From the NCBI GenBank assembly GCA_964386615.1, contig CAYLSL010000003.1, forward strand, positions 1 to 50,425: a stretch of 50,425 nt of DNA, read 5' to 3'. A program made the translations under genes and the position numbers. This document shows, piece by piece, positions 1-9,698 of this stretch (the stretch's first letter is position 1; every line of letters begins with the position of its first letter). The notes below the pieces were generated by a model. The model searched no databases. It had not been told where the DNA came from and saw nothing but the letters and a program-made list of their open reading frames with translations. The DNA is from an uncultured Veillonellaceae bacterium. Its GTDB lineage: Bacteria; Bacillota; Negativicutes; UBA1444.

Positions 1-814
1 TAAACACTTCTTTGGCAGGACCGGTTTTATAGATATGATTATCCTCACGCCATTCAATCAGCAATTCTCCGCCATCTAGTTTCAGTGTCGCCCGTCGGTC
101 GGTTTTACCGTTTAACACTGCAGCAACCAACGTAGCACAAGCTCCGGTTCCGCAGGCAAGCGTCACGCCAGCACCGCGTTCCCATACGCGCATACGCAGC
201 GTCTGCCGGTCGAGCACCTGAACGAATTCGACATTTGTCTTGCGGGGAAATGCCGGGTGTATTTCGATCGGACGGCCAAACATCTGCAAATCCAAATTTT
301 CCACGTCATCAACAAAAACAACGCAGTGCGGATTCCCCATGCTGACGCAAGTTACCGCAAAGTTGGAGTTATCGACAAGCAAGGGAACATTGACCGCCTT
401 GTCCTCAGGGTCGCCAACCATGGGAATTTCAGACCGTTTCAACCGAGGCTCACCCATATCGACGCATACAGAGGTAATAACACCGTTTTCAAATATCAAT
501 TTCGGCCGAATGATTCCGGCCAATGTTTCAATCGCCAATTCGGTTTTGCTGGTCAAACCGGTTTCATAAACGAAACGGGCGAAGCAGCGGGTCACATTGC
601 CGCACATTTCCGCTTCGCTGCCATCCGAGTTAAAAATACGCATCCGAAAATCAGCGACATCCGACGGCAACGCAATAACCAAGCCATCCGCGCCAATGCC
701 AAAGTGTCTGTCACAGACTTCAATCGCTTTGCTGGCATAATCCGCAATTTTTTCCTGAAATCCATTCACAATGACAAAATCGTTGCCGATTCCCTGCCAT
801 TTGGTAAACTTCAT
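1..814 (-). CDS. dapF: diaminopimelate epimerase (3' end runs off the left edge)
   Basis: Absent from the ORF track because no stop lies in the window. My minus-strand translation from ATG 814 reads MKFTKWQGIGNDFVIV... and contains both catalytic-Cys motifs (SMGNPHCVVF, LACGTGACA). AGGAGG lies 8 nt upstream. Confidence 0.9.
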   Translation of the reverse strand, partial: MKFTKWQGIGNDFVIVNGFQEKIADYASKAIEVCDRHFGIGADGLVIALPSDVADFRMRIFNSDGSEAEMCGNVTRCFARFVYETGLTSKTELAIETLAGIIRPKLIFENGVITSVCVDMGEPRLKRSEIPMVGDPEDKAVNVPLLVDNSNFAVTCVSMGNPHCVVFVDDVENLDLQMFGRPIEIHPAFPRKTNVEFVQVLDRQTLRMRVWERGAGVTLACGTGACATLVAAVLNGKTDRRATLKLDGGELLIEWREDNHIYKTGPAKEVF

Positions 815-892
815 TGCCAATTCCTCCTGACTCTGCGTTCACTATAATATAAGAATTATATACAAAAAGCCGGCCAAAGTCCACTACAGGTG

Positions 893-926
893 GAATGAAA
901 AGCGGCCGGGTGCTGCCCCCGGCCGC
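893..926 (-). terminator. intrinsic terminator after dapA
   Basis: Minus-strand RNA GCGGCCGGG-GGCAGCA-CCCGGCCGC (9-bp GC stem, 902-926) followed by UUUUCAUU. Confidence 0.75.
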
Positions 927-971
927 CGTGCATCAGCCTGTGCGAGAGTTCGATCACGCCTGAAGCAACAA

Positions 972-1862
972 TTACTCTTTCATTTCAACGTTCAGACTTT
1001 TCATCACAGAGCGCAATTGTTCCGTTTCCGCCGTTGTTGGCGGAACCATCGGCGGCCTGAGCACACCGCCCTTTAATCCCATGAGGGTTACCGCCGTCTT
1101 GATCGGAATCGGGTTGGTCGTAACAAAAATCACTTTAAAGAACGGCATTAGTTCAAGATGGATATCACGCGCCTTTTTTACATCGCCGGCAAAATAGGCA
1201 GCAATCATCGCCTGCATCTTTTCCGCAACGACATGCCCGGCCACGCTAATGATCCCACAGCCGCCAACCGACAGGATCGGCAAAGTCAGACTGTCATCGC
1301 CGCTATACACCTGGAATCCCGGCACTGCCGTGCGTACGATGTCAGAAACCTGTTCCAGGCTGCCGCTGGCTTCTTTGACCGCGACAATATTGGGAATTTC
1401 CGACAGTCTGGCAATCGTCGGCGGCAAGATATTGGAAGCGGTACGTCCGGGTACATTATATAAAATGATCGGCAACTTTGTTTCGTCGGCAATCATTTTG
1501 AAATGACGATAAAACCCTTCTTGTGGTGGCTTATTATAGTACGGACCCACCAGCATGGCGCCATGAACGCCTAGTTTTTCTGCTTCCTGGGTCATTTTTA
1601 TCGAGGCCAGTGTGTCGTTGGAGCCGGTACCGGCAATGACTGTGGCTTTATCGCCAACCGCATCCAATACTGTACTGAACAGACGCAGTTTTTCTGTTGA
1701 GTTCAAAGTGGCCGCTTCGCCGGTGCTGCCGGCAACAACCAATCCGTCATTGCCGTGGGCTACCAGATATTTGGCCAATTCTGCTGCTGCTGCGTAATCC
1801 ACACTGTAATCATCGTGAAACGGAGTCACCATTGCCGTTAATACCCGACCAAAACTTTTCAT
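972..1862 (-). CDS. dapA: 4-hydroxy-tetrahydrodipicolinate synthase
   Basis: 296-aa ORF with VVAGSTGEA, LYNVPGRT and VAVKEASG (Schiff-base Lys) motifs. AGGAGG precedes the ATG. Confidence 0.95.
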   Translation of the reverse strand: MKSFGRVLTAMVTPFHDDYSVDYAAAAELAKYLVAHGNDGLVVAGSTGEAATLNSTEKLRLFSTVLDAVGDKATVIAGTGSNDTLASIKMTQEAEKLGVHGAMLVGPYYNKPPQEGFYRHFKMIADETKLPIILYNVPGRTASNILPPTIARLSEIPNIVAVKEASGSLEQVSDIVRTAVPGFQVYSGDDSLTLPILSVGGCGIISVAGHVVAEKMQAMIAAYFAGDVKKARDIHLELMPFFKVIFVTTNPIPIKTAVTLMGLKGGVLRPPMVPPTTAETEQLRSVMKSLNVEMKE

Positions 1863-1883
1863 TTCCGTTTCCTCCTGTTTTTT

Positions 1884-3104
1884 TCAATCTAGACCAAACT
1901 TACTGTGCAACACACTAACCGCCTGTTCCATATAACGTCCTTCAATCAGCGCCGAAATGGATGTCTGGGAATCGACGGTCTGTAGAATGGGAATCGCATT
2001 GGCAGTCAATGCTTCGACAAAGTCGGCCATGACGCCCGGAACATCGCCCATCCCGCCGCCAACGACCGATACTTTGGCGCACTGTTGCAACCTCTGCAGC
2101 CGATAGCCGGCGGCCGCCAACCGTTGCTGCGTTTCCGTCGCATCGTGCTCCTGAACGGTAAACAAAACCTGCCGGGGCAATACGTTGATCAGGTCAACAT
2201 TGATTCCACTGCCAGCCAGGATTTTGAACACTTGCGAGCTGTCAAAGTTATTCGCATTGCTTGCTGGCTCTACTGTGATCTGGGATATGTTTTTCACATA
2301 AGTTACCCCAGTCGCAATCCGGTCAGAAATCGTAGTGTCGCAGGTTTCTTCAACCTGGGCGCTGGTGGTGATCAGAGTGCCCGGTGCGTTGGAAAAAGTT
2401 GATTTGACGACGAGTGGAATACTTTTTTGCATGGCAAATTCAACAGCCCGCGGATGAATCACTTTGGCGCCCTGATGCGCTAGCTGCGATACCTCGGCAT
2501 AGCTGATCCGGTCCAAAATTTGCGCCGTTGGCACAATGCGGGGATCTGCAGTCATGATTCCATCCACATCGGTATAAATCTCGATGGTCTCAGCCAACAG
2601 AGCCGCTCCCAGCGCCGAAGCCGTCGTATCGCTGCCGCCACGCCCCAGCGTGGTCATGTCTCCTTCAGCCGTCACGCCTTGAAAGCCGCAGACAACGGGG
2701 GTTTTTCCACTGGCCAGCGCCTCGCGGATGCGAATCGGATCTACCCGCAGTATCCGGGCATTTCCATACTGATTATCGGTAATGATTCCGGCCTGGCCGC
2801 CCGTAAACAGCATCGCTTCGATCCCTTCAGCCTGCAGGGTTGACACCATGACCACTGCCGAAATGATTTCACCGCAAGCCATCATAATGTCAAGTTCACG
2901 CCGCGACAGCAGCGGATTGGCCTCACGCGCCACGCCGATCAACGTATCGGTCGCATACGGCTGTCCATTCCTGCCCATCGCAGAAATCACGATAACTGAC
3001 TGAAAGCCTTCGTTAATGGCGTTACGGATTTTATCCACCGCACAGCGTCGGTTTTCCGGCGAAGCTACCGAAGTGCCGCCAAATTTTTGGACCAAAATGC
3101 GCAT
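1884..3104 (-). CDS. dapG: aspartate kinase (DapG-like by synteny)
   Basis: Start MRILVQKFGGTSV at ATG 3104, with AGGAG overlapping the asd stop. The track's start at 3134 would overlap asd. C-terminal ACT-type region. Sits between asd and dapA as in B. subtilis. Confidence 0.9.
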   Translation of the reverse strand: MRILVQKFGGTSVASPENRRCAVDKIRNAINEGFQSVIVISAMGRNGQPYATDTLIGVAREANPLLSRRELDIMMACGEIISAVVMVSTLQAEGIEAMLFTGGQAGIITDNQYGNARILRVDPIRIREALASGKTPVVCGFQGVTAEGDMTTLGRGGSDTTASALGAALLAETIEIYTDVDGIMTADPRIVPTAQILDRISYAEVSQLAHQGAKVIHPRAVEFAMQKSIPLVVKSTFSNAPGTLITTSAQVEETCDTTISDRIATGVTYVKNISQITVEPASNANNFDSSQVFKILAGSGINVDLINVLPRQVLFTVQEHDATETQQRLAAAGYRLQRLQQCAKVSVVGGGMGDVPGVMADFVEALTANAIPILQTVDSQTSISALIEGRYMEQAVSVLHSKFGLD

Positions 3105-3114
3105 GTTTCTACTC

Positions 3115-4146
3115 CTAAAGCAAGTTTTTGGCAATCATCAGTTCGGCGATCTGCAATGCGTTGAGGGCGGCGCCTTTGCGGATCTGATCACCAACGACCC
3201 ACAGATTCAATCCATATTTCACGCTGTCATCCTGACGGATACGACCGACAAATACTTCATTGCGATTCGAAGTGAATAGCGGCATCGGGTATTCCATCGC
3301 CGCCGGATCATCCTGCACGATCACGCCGGGGAATGCCGCCAGCAATTGTTTCGTCTCTGCAACGGACAGCGGCTGCTCGAGTTCGATGTTGACCGATTCG
3401 GAGTGGCTGCGATAAACCGGCACTCTGACGGTTGTCGCGGTAATCGCCATTTCCGGTGTGCCCATAATTTTGCGGGTCTCGTGAACCATTTTCATTTCTT
3501 CCTTGGTATAGCCATCTGCCAGGAACACATCAATTTGCGGCAGCAGGTTGAACGCAATCTGGTAATGCTTGTCCAGGCTGGCGGACGGCAGAATTTTTGC
3601 TTCGACCGGCCGGCCTTCACTAATAGCCCTGACTTGCTCGGTCAATTCATCAATGCCCTCTTTACCGGCGCCGGATACAGCCTGATAGGTAGATACAACC
3701 ACCCGTTTTATGCGGGCCCGGTCATGAATCGGTTTCAATGCCATCACCATGATAATCGTGGAACAATTGGGATTGGCAATAATCCCCTGATGATTGCGCA
3801 CGGCCTCCGGATTGACTTCCGGCACTACCAAGGGCACGGTCGGATCCATGCGGAACGCGCTTGAATTGTCGATAACCACGGCGCCGGCTTTGACGGCATG
3901 AGCAGCAAATTCCTTGCTGGCCGATCCGCCGGCAAACAGTGCAATATCGATCCCTGCGAATGAATTTGCAGTTGCCTCTTCCACAACATATTCTTTGCCG
4001 GCTACCATCAGTTTTTTGCCGGCCGAACGGGAAGACGCCAATAATTTCATCCCGGCAAACGGGAAGTTTCGCTCTTCAATCAGATTGATGAACTCCTGGC
4101 CGACAGCACCTGTCGCACCCAAAATCGCTACATTGTACTTTTTCAT
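3115..4146 (-). CDS. asd: aspartate-semialdehyde dehydrogenase
   Basis: 343 aa with GATGAVG NAD(P) motif and active-site NPNCSTI. Confidence 0.95.
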   Translation of the reverse strand: MKKYNVAILGATGAVGQEFINLIEERNFPFAGMKLLASSRSAGKKLMVAGKEYVVEEATANSFAGIDIALFAGGSASKEFAAHAVKAGAVVIDNSSAFRMDPTVPLVVPEVNPEAVRNHQGIIANPNCSTIIMVMALKPIHDRARIKRVVVSTYQAVSGAGKEGIDELTEQVRAISEGRPVEAKILPSASLDKHYQIAFNLLPQIDVFLADGYTKEEMKMVHETRKIMGTPEMAITATTVRVPVYRSHSESVNIELEQPLSVAETKQLLAAFPGVIVQDDPAAMEYPMPLFTSNRNEVFVGRIRQDDSVKYGLNLWVVGDQIRKGAALNALQIAELMIAKNLL

Positions 4147-4159
4147 TGTCTTACTCCCC

Positions 4160-4957
4160 CTATTCTCCCATTAACTGATCCAAGCCAACAATCAGGCCCT
4201 GGCGCTTGACAATCTTCTTGCAGGCCAGGACAACCCCCGGCATAAAAGAGCCTCGATCCAAGGAGTCGTGGCGGATGGTCAGGATCTGACCCACACCGCC
4301 GAAGATCACTTCCTGATGCGCCACATAACCCGGCAGGCGAACGCTGTGAATGCGCATACCCTCGAAATCGGCGCCGCGGGCGCCTGGAATTTTCTCTTCT
4401 TCATCCGGGTGACCTTGTTGACACGGCTGACGCTGCTCGCTAATCATTTTTGCCGTCAGCAGTGCAGTACCTGAAGGGGCATCCAATTTTTGATCATGGT
4501 GCATTTCAATAATTTCGCAGTGCGGCAGATAGCGGGCTGCTTCCTGAGCAAAGCGCATCATCAGCACGGCGCCGATGGAAAAGTTGGGACAAATAAAACA
4601 AGTTGCCTTATTCTCTTCACAGAATGTCCGGATCATTGCAAGATCAGCTTCTGTGATTCCCGTAGTCCCGACAACAGGAATTACACCATTGCGCAGTGCA
4701 GTCATCACATTGCCGACAACCGATTTCGGATGCGTGAAGTCTACCATAACTTGCGGTTTGTGGTTTTTAATCGCCGCTTCAAGGTCTGATTCCATCTTGA
4801 CGCCAGACTTGCCAAGACCAAGAATCTCTCCCACATCTTCCCAGGCCGCTTTAATGTCGACCGTCGCAACAATCTCGCATTCCGGGTCCTGAGTTATTGC
4901 CCGCAGGACTTCACGTCCCATTCTGCCATTTGCGCCTGATACCAATACCTTGATCAT
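4160..4957 (-). CDS. dapB: 4-hydroxy-tetrahydrodipicolinate reductase
   Basis: 265 aa with GANGRMG and EMHHDQKLDAPSGTA signatures. AGGAGGTG precedes the ATG. Confidence 0.95.
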   Translation of the reverse strand: MIKVLVSGANGRMGREVLRAITQDPECEIVATVDIKAAWEDVGEILGLGKSGVKMESDLEAAIKNHKPQVMVDFTHPKSVVGNVMTALRNGVIPVVGTTGITEADLAMIRTFCEENKATCFICPNFSIGAVLMMRFAQEAARYLPHCEIIEMHHDQKLDAPSGTALLTAKMISEQRQPCQQGHPDEEEKIPGARGADFEGMRIHSVRLPGYVAHQEVIFGGVGQILTIRHDSLDRGSFMPGVVLACKKIVKRQGLIVGLDQLMGE

Positions 4958-4971
4958 TTCTACACCTCCTG

Positions 4972-5013
4972 AAAATAAAAAACACAGCCAATGAGAGATA
5001 TCTCACCGGCTGC
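4972..5013 (-). terminator. intrinsic terminator forming the expression platform of the lysine riboswitch
   Basis: Minus RNA CAGCCGGUGAGA-UAUC-UCUCAUUGGCUG (12-bp stem) followed by UGUUUUUUAUUUUC, immediately upstream of the dapB RBS. Confidence 0.8.
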
Positions 5014-5078
5014 TGAAAAGCTGCTGCGGCTCCGCTGCAAAATACAACTTCCTTGTTGTATCAGTCAGCTTTGGATGA

Positions 5079-5243
5079 GATAGCGCTCCACCAAAAAATT
5101 TTGGTGACAGTCCCATGCCTGTTCGACATAAAACCAGCGCCGTACGATGTGCCCGCATCAACGCTTCGGCAACATGCCCTTTTTCGGTGGTTCATGGATG
5201 CACGATCTCCTCACCGATACTATTGCAGGTTGCGCCTCTACTC
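5079..5243 (-). promoter_or_regulatory. lysine riboswitch (L-box)
   Basis: The minus strand carries the conserved L-box blocks in order: GUAGAGGCGC, AGUAUCGGUGAGGAG, GAAAAAGGG, UUGCCGAAGCG, GGGACUGUCAC, GGUGGAGCGCUAUC. It lies in the leader of a lysine/DAP biosynthesis operon. Confidence 0.85.
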
Positions 5244-5284
5244 TGTCCCTACGAAAGGGGTCAGCCATATTTAATTTTGTATAC

Positions 5285-5313
5285 ATTTTAACGCAGCAAC
5301 CATTCCCTGTCAA
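5285..5313 (-). promoter_or_regulatory. sigma-A type promoter for the L-box/dapB operon
   Basis: Minus strand has TTGACA (5313-5308), a 17-nt spacer and TAAAAT (5290-5285), about 40 nt upstream of the riboswitch P1. Confidence 0.6.
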
Positions 5314-5333
5314 ATATTTCTTTGACAAAAAAC

Positions 5334-5792
5334 TTACAAATTGCCGGTACTGCCAATTCCACCACTACGGGTGTCTTTTTTTGATACAGCATCATTATCC
5401 GTCAACAGGTACTTGCAAAAAATCCCCTGGGCGATTCGCATTCCGGCTTCAATGACCACATCCTGCTTACCGCCATTGACGACTGCGATCAAGATATGTC
5501 CTTCATTATCCGGATTATTGTAATAGTCGGCATCGATAATTCCCTGACTGTTGGCAAGGTATAACCCCTGTTTAACGGCAAGGCTTGAACGGATATGGAT
5601 GCCAAGGTATTCATCGGTTTGCATGTAAGCCTTGAGACCGGTCGGAACCAGAGCCCGCCCGCCAGCATGCAAACATACGTTTTCCGCCGCTGCAATGTCA
5701 TAGCCGGCACTGCCTGGCGTACTGCGGGTTGGTAATTTTAATCCCGCCGCTGCAAATGCAGTGACAAATTCAAACCCCCGCTGGCGTATCAT
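5334..5792 (-). CDS. dut: dUTP diphosphatase (trimeric dUTPase family)
   Basis: MIRQRGFEF... start at ATG 5792 forms an ATGA overlap with the upstream stop. Motifs AGYDI, GIIDADY and RSGGIGSTG. The track start at 5843 would overlap the peptidase gene. Confidence 0.85.
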   Translation of the reverse strand: MIRQRGFEFVTAFAAAGLKLPTRSTPGSAGYDIAAAENVCLHAGGRALVPTGLKAYMQTDEYLGIHIRSSLAVKQGLYLANSQGIIDADYYNNPDNEGHILIAVVNGGKQDVVIEAGMRIAQGIFCKYLLTDNDAVSKKDTRSGGIGSTGNL

Positions 5793-7036
5793 GCTAGTGC
5801 GGCCAACCCGGCTGCTTCGACCGGCCCCAGTGCAGTCAGGCATGTCGATTCCGGACGATAAAGCGGCTGAGCCATTGCAAACATTTGTTCCAAAGTAACA
5901 GCTTCCACTTTGGCAGCCAATTTTTCCGGTGACAGATATTCACGGGACGAAATCTCCGCCCGTCCTACACGCGACATCCGACTGGCTGAACTTTCCATGC
6001 TGAACATCAGTCCTGCTTTCAGCTGTTCTTTGGCTCGTTTCATTTCTTCCGGCCGAACGCCATTTAAACGAATATCGGCAATGATCGAATTGGTGATTTC
6101 GATCACTTCCCGCGAGTTTTCCGGTGATACCCCGGTATAAATTGTCAGGAGTCCTGTGTCGCGAAAGCTTGAAGGATAGGAACAAACCGAATAGGCCAGT
6201 CCACGGTCTTCGCGAATGCTCTGGAACAATCGGGAGCTAACGCCGCCGCCCAAAATAGTGTTCAGAACATGCGAAGCGTAATATTCTGGCGAATCGTGGG
6301 CAACACCGGGTGTGCCCAGACAAATGTGGAGCTGTTCGATATCTTTTTCCTGCATCAGACGCGCCGCCACAAAAGTAGGGGTTGGATCCAGAAAGACTGG
6401 ACTTCTTCCCTGGACACCATCCCAATAGGTCTGGCATAATTCGACCAGTTGATTATGGTCCAGGTTGCCGGCAGCAGCAATGACCAAGTTGTCCGGCATA
6501 TAGTGTCGTGTTCTGTAATCCAATATCGCCTGGCGGTCCATTGCCGCGATAGTCTGGCGGGTTCCCAAAATATTGCGGCCCAAGGCATGCCCAGGCCAAA
6601 GCGAATTCATGTGCAGGTCATGGATCAGTTCGTCGGGCGAATCTTCGTACAAACTGATTTCTTCCAAGACAACCTGGCGTTCTTTCTCCACATCCGCATC
6701 GGCGAATTTCGAGTTGAGCAACATATCACTCAGAATATCCATTCCGAGTGGCAAATGTTCCGGCAAAACCTTGATATAGTAGCAGGTATTTTCCCGGTCA
6801 GTTGCCGCATTCAGCTGCCCGCCAACGTCGTCCACTGTTTCGGCGATATCTTTTGCCGAACGTTTGTGGGTTCCCTTGAACATCAGATGCTCAATGAAAT
6901 GGGAAACGCCCTGTTCTGCCGGCGTCTCATGCCGCGAACCCGTCCCGACAAAGATACCGAGACTAATTGAACTCATATAGGGAATGGACTCCGATACAAT
7001 CCGGAGTCCATTAGCAAGGGTCGTCTTTCTATACAA
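5789..7036 (-). CDS. M16 family zinc peptidase (MlpA/YmxG-like)
   Basis: 415 aa with inverted zinc motif HFIEHLMFKG. TTG start preceded by AGGAG. Position after pnp matches B. subtilis mlpA. Confidence 0.9.
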   Translation of the reverse strand: MYRKTTLANGLRIVSESIPYMSSISLGIFVGTGSRHETPAEQGVSHFIEHLMFKGTHKRSAKDIAETVDDVGGQLNAATDRENTCYYIKVLPEHLPLGMDILSDMLLNSKFADADVEKERQVVLEEISLYEDSPDELIHDLHMNSLWPGHALGRNILGTRQTIAAMDRQAILDYRTRHYMPDNLVIAAAGNLDHNQLVELCQTYWDGVQGRSPVFLDPTPTFVAARLMQEKDIEQLHICLGTPGVAHDSPEYYASHVLNTILGGGVSSRLFQSIREDRGLAYSVCSYPSSFRDTGLLTIYTGVSPENSREVIEITNSIIADIRLNGVRPEEMKRAKEQLKAGLMFSMESSASRMSRVGRAEISSREYLSPEKLAAKVEAVTLEQMFAMAQPLYRPESTCLTALGPVEAAGLAALA

Positions 7037-7053
7037 TGAAGGTCGCTCCTCTG

Positions 7054-9165
7054 TTACTCTTTTGCCGCTTCAGGCGCCGCTGCCGCAGGTTCATCCTTCA
7101 GCAGAATACTGCGGGACAGGTTTATCCGGCCCTGGCGATCAATCTCGGTTACTTTGACCGTAATCTCATCACCGATTTTTACTACATCTTCTACTTTTGC
7201 CACCCGGGTGCGGGCCAGTTGTGAAATATGAACCAGGCCATCTTTGCCTGGCAGGATTTCAACAAATGCGCCAAAGTTCATCAGGCGGGTAACCTTGCCT
7301 GTGTAGATGGCGCCGACTTCAACCTCGCGTACCAAACCCTCGATGATTTTGACAGCCTTGTTGCCGGCTTCCATATCAACCGCCATGATGAAGATTTTTC
7401 CGTCGTCTTCGATATCAATCTGTACGCCGGTATCTTCAACGATCTTCTTGATAATTTTGCCGCCTGGTCCGATAACATCGCGAATTTTGTCCGGATTGAT
7501 CTGCATGGTGATCATGCGCGGTGCGTACGGTGACATCTCTGCCCGAGGTGTCGAAATGGTCTGCGTCATCTTGTCCAGAATGAACAAACGACCTTTCAGC
7601 GCCTGTTCCAGAGCACTGGACAAAATCGCGCGGCTGATGCCGCCAACTTTCATGTCCATCTGAATCGCCGTGATGCCTTTGGAAGTTCCGGCTACTTTGA
7701 AATCCATATCACCGAGTGCATCTTCCATGCCCTGAATGTCGGTCAGAATCGAGAAATTCTCACCGTCGGTAACCAGGCCCATCGCTACGCCGGATACCGG
7801 TGCTTTTATCGGCACGCCGGCATCCATCAGCGACAACGTGCTGCCGCAGACGCTAGCCATTGAGGAAGAACCGTTGGACTCGAGAACTTCCGATACCAAT
7901 CGCAGGGTGTAAGGAAATTCGGTTTCCGACGGCAATACCGGCAGCAACGCCCGCTCCGCCAGATGGCCGTGACCGATTTCGCGCCGGCCGGGTCCGCGCA
8001 TCGGACGGGTTTCACCGGTGCTGTAAGGCGGGAAGTTATAGTGATGGATGTAACGTTTGTGATCTTCTACACCCAGACCGTCCAGTTTCTGTTTGTCGCC
8101 AATCGCACCCAGTGTAGTAACATTCAGGACCTGGGTCTGGCCACGGGTAAACAGACCGGAACCGTGAACACGCGGCAACACGCCGACTTCGCAGCTAATC
8201 GGGCGGATTTCATCAAGCTGGCGTCCATCCGGACGAATTTTGTCCACAGTGATCATCCGGCGCACGGTTTCTTTCAAAACCTTGTACAGAACATAAGAGA
8301 CATCTTTTTTGTTGTCGGGATAAATCGCGGCAAAATGTTCAGCCGCCTGTTTCTTAACTTCGTCGATTTTGGCTTCCCGCTCAAGTTTATCGGCATTGAC
8401 CACAGCTTCACGCATGGCTTCAGTCACATGAGCGCGAACATTCTCTTCCAGGTCGGCCGGCGGGGCATACATCTTGATTTCGCGTTTCGGCAAGCCTACA
8501 GCAGCGACAATCGTGTCCTGGAATGCGATGATGTCCTTGATGATCGCATGTCCATAAAGGATTGCTTCCTGAATCACCTGCTCGGACAACTCATTGGCGC
8601 CTGCCTCAACCATCAGAACGGCATCTTTGGTTCCGGCGACAATCAGGTCCAGTTGACTTTCTTCCATTTGTTTAACTGTAGGATTTACTACATATTCATC
8701 ATTGATATAACCGATTCGCACTCCGGCGATCGGGCCGTTGAAAGGGATATCGGAAATCGACAGTGCACAGGAAGCACCAACCATAGCAATGACATCCGGC
8801 GTGTTATCCTGGTCCACCGAAACCACCGTTGCCACAATGTGTACATCATTACGGAATCCGTCGGCAAACAGCGGACGAATCGGCCGGTCTATCATCCGGG
8901 CGCTCAATATTGCAGTTTCCGTCGGACGCCCTTCCCGTTTGATAAAACCGCCGGGAATCTTACCCACCGAGTACATTCTCTCTTCATAATCCACCGTCAA
9001 CGGGAAAAAATCGATTCCTTCACGCGGGCCTGCCGAAGCAGTCGCCGCCACAACCAGCGCCGTTTCCCCATAACGGATCAACACCGCACCATTGGCCTGT
9101 TTTGCGTATTTGCCGGTCTCGACGACCAACTGGCGGCCTCCCAGTTCAAATTGAAAAGTCTGCAT
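7054..9165 (-). CDS. pnp: polyribonucleotide nucleotidyltransferase (PNPase)
   Basis: [13 protein letters not shown] start at ATG 9165 with AGGAGG 9 nt upstream. Two RNase PH domains, then KH and S1 ([28 protein letters not shown]). Confidence 0.95.
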   Translation of the reverse strand: MQTFQFELGGRQLVVETGKYAKQANGAVLIRYGETALVVAATASAGPREGIDFFPLTVDYEERMYSVGKIPGGFIKREGRPTETAILSARMIDRPIRPLFADGFRNDVHIVATVVSVDQDNTPDVIAMVGASCALSISDIPFNGPIAGVRIGYINDEYVVNPTVKQMEESQLDLIVAGTKDAVLMVEAGANELSEQVIQEAILYGHAIIKDIIAFQDTIVAAVGLPKREIKMYAPPADLEENVRAHVTEAMREAVVNADKLEREAKIDEVKKQAAEHFAAIYPDNKKDVSYVLYKVLKETVRRMITVDKIRPDGRQLDEIRPISCEVGVLPRVHGSGLFTRGQTQVLNVTTLGAIGDKQKLDGLGVEDHKRYIHHYNFPPYSTGETRPMRGPGRREIGHGHLAERALLPVLPSETEFPYTLRLVSEVLESNGSSSMASVCGSTLSLMDAGVPIKAPVSGVAMGLVTDGENFSILTDIQGMEDALGDMDFKVAGTSKGITAIQMDMKVGGISRAILSSALEQALKGRLFILDKMTQTISTPRAEMSPYAPRMITMQINPDKIRDVIGPGGKIIKKIVEDTGVQIDIEDDGKIFIMAVDMEAGNKAVKIIEGLVREVEVGAIYTGKVTRLMNFGAFVEILPGKDGLVHISQLARTRVAKVEDVVKIGDEITVKVTEIDRQGRINLSRSILLKDEPAAAAPEAAKE

Positions 9166-9260
9166 GCACCTTTTCCTCCTCATTCTTCCTTCTGTTCATT
9201 CACGCTACAAATTATATCCTATTCACCAGGAAAAGAAAATGTTATTTCTTGATCAAGGCA

Positions 9261-9288
9261 TAAATAAAAGCGGGTTGCCCCGCTTTTA
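9261..9288 (-). terminator. rpsO intrinsic terminator / pnp leader hairpin
   Basis: Minus RNA AAAAGCGGG-GCAA-CCCGCUUUUAUUUAU, 10 nt after the rpsO stop. Confidence 0.8.
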
Positions 9289-9297
9289 AGTCCGTAA

Positions 9298-9564
9298 TTA
9301 CTTGCGTAGATTCAATTTAGCCAGAATCGCCCGATAACGCTCAAGATCGGAAGCCTTGAGATAGTTGAGCAGACTGCGGCGGTTACCGACCATTTTCAAC
9401 AGTCCCCGACGGGAATGATGATCTTTTTTGTGTTCCTTGAGGTGCGTGGTCAGTTCATTAATCCGATCAGTAAGAATCGCGATCTGAACTTCCGGCGACC
9501 CGGTATCCCCTTCATGGCGACGATGAATCTGAATCAGTTCCTGTTTTTTCTCTGAAGTAATCAT
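9298..9564 (-). CDS. rpsO: 30S ribosomal protein S15
   Basis: 88 aa with ...[29 protein letters not shown]. Confidence 0.97.
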   Translation of the reverse strand: MITSEKKQELIQIHRRHEGDTGSPEVQIAILTDRINELTTHLKEHKKDHHSRRGLLKMVGNRRSLLNYLKASDLERYRAILAKLNLRK

Positions 9565-9661
9565 TTTTTCCTCCTCAAATTTTGCTCACTTTCCATTAGC
9601 CAAGAAGAACGCCGGAGGGTCGATCATCCTAGCCAAGGAGACGGCAATGATTGCAAAAAGT

Positions 9662-9690
9662 ATTGTATCAAACTAAACCTGTGATGTAAA
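9662..9690 (-). promoter_or_regulatory. sigma-A type promoter of rpsO
   Basis: Minus strand has TTTACA (9690-9685), a 17-nt spacer and TACAAT (9667-9662). A leader of about 95 nt follows before the rpsO AGGAGG. Confidence 0.55.
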
Positions 9691-9698
9691 GCAAAAGT

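Noticed and set aside
9211-9216. TATAAT hexamer upstream of pnp (possible pnp-specific promoter)
   Set aside because: The -35 region is poor (TTTTCT) and there is no extended -10. pnp may simply be expressed by readthrough of the rpsO terminator, so this is not supported well enough to list as a feature.
7963-9252. 429-aa plus-strand ORF, the longest on the plus strand
   Set aside because: It is entirely antisense to pnp, whose product is unmistakable. The translation is low-complexity (R/F/H/N-rich) with no recognisable motif and no SD. It is a typical stop-poor antisense frame.
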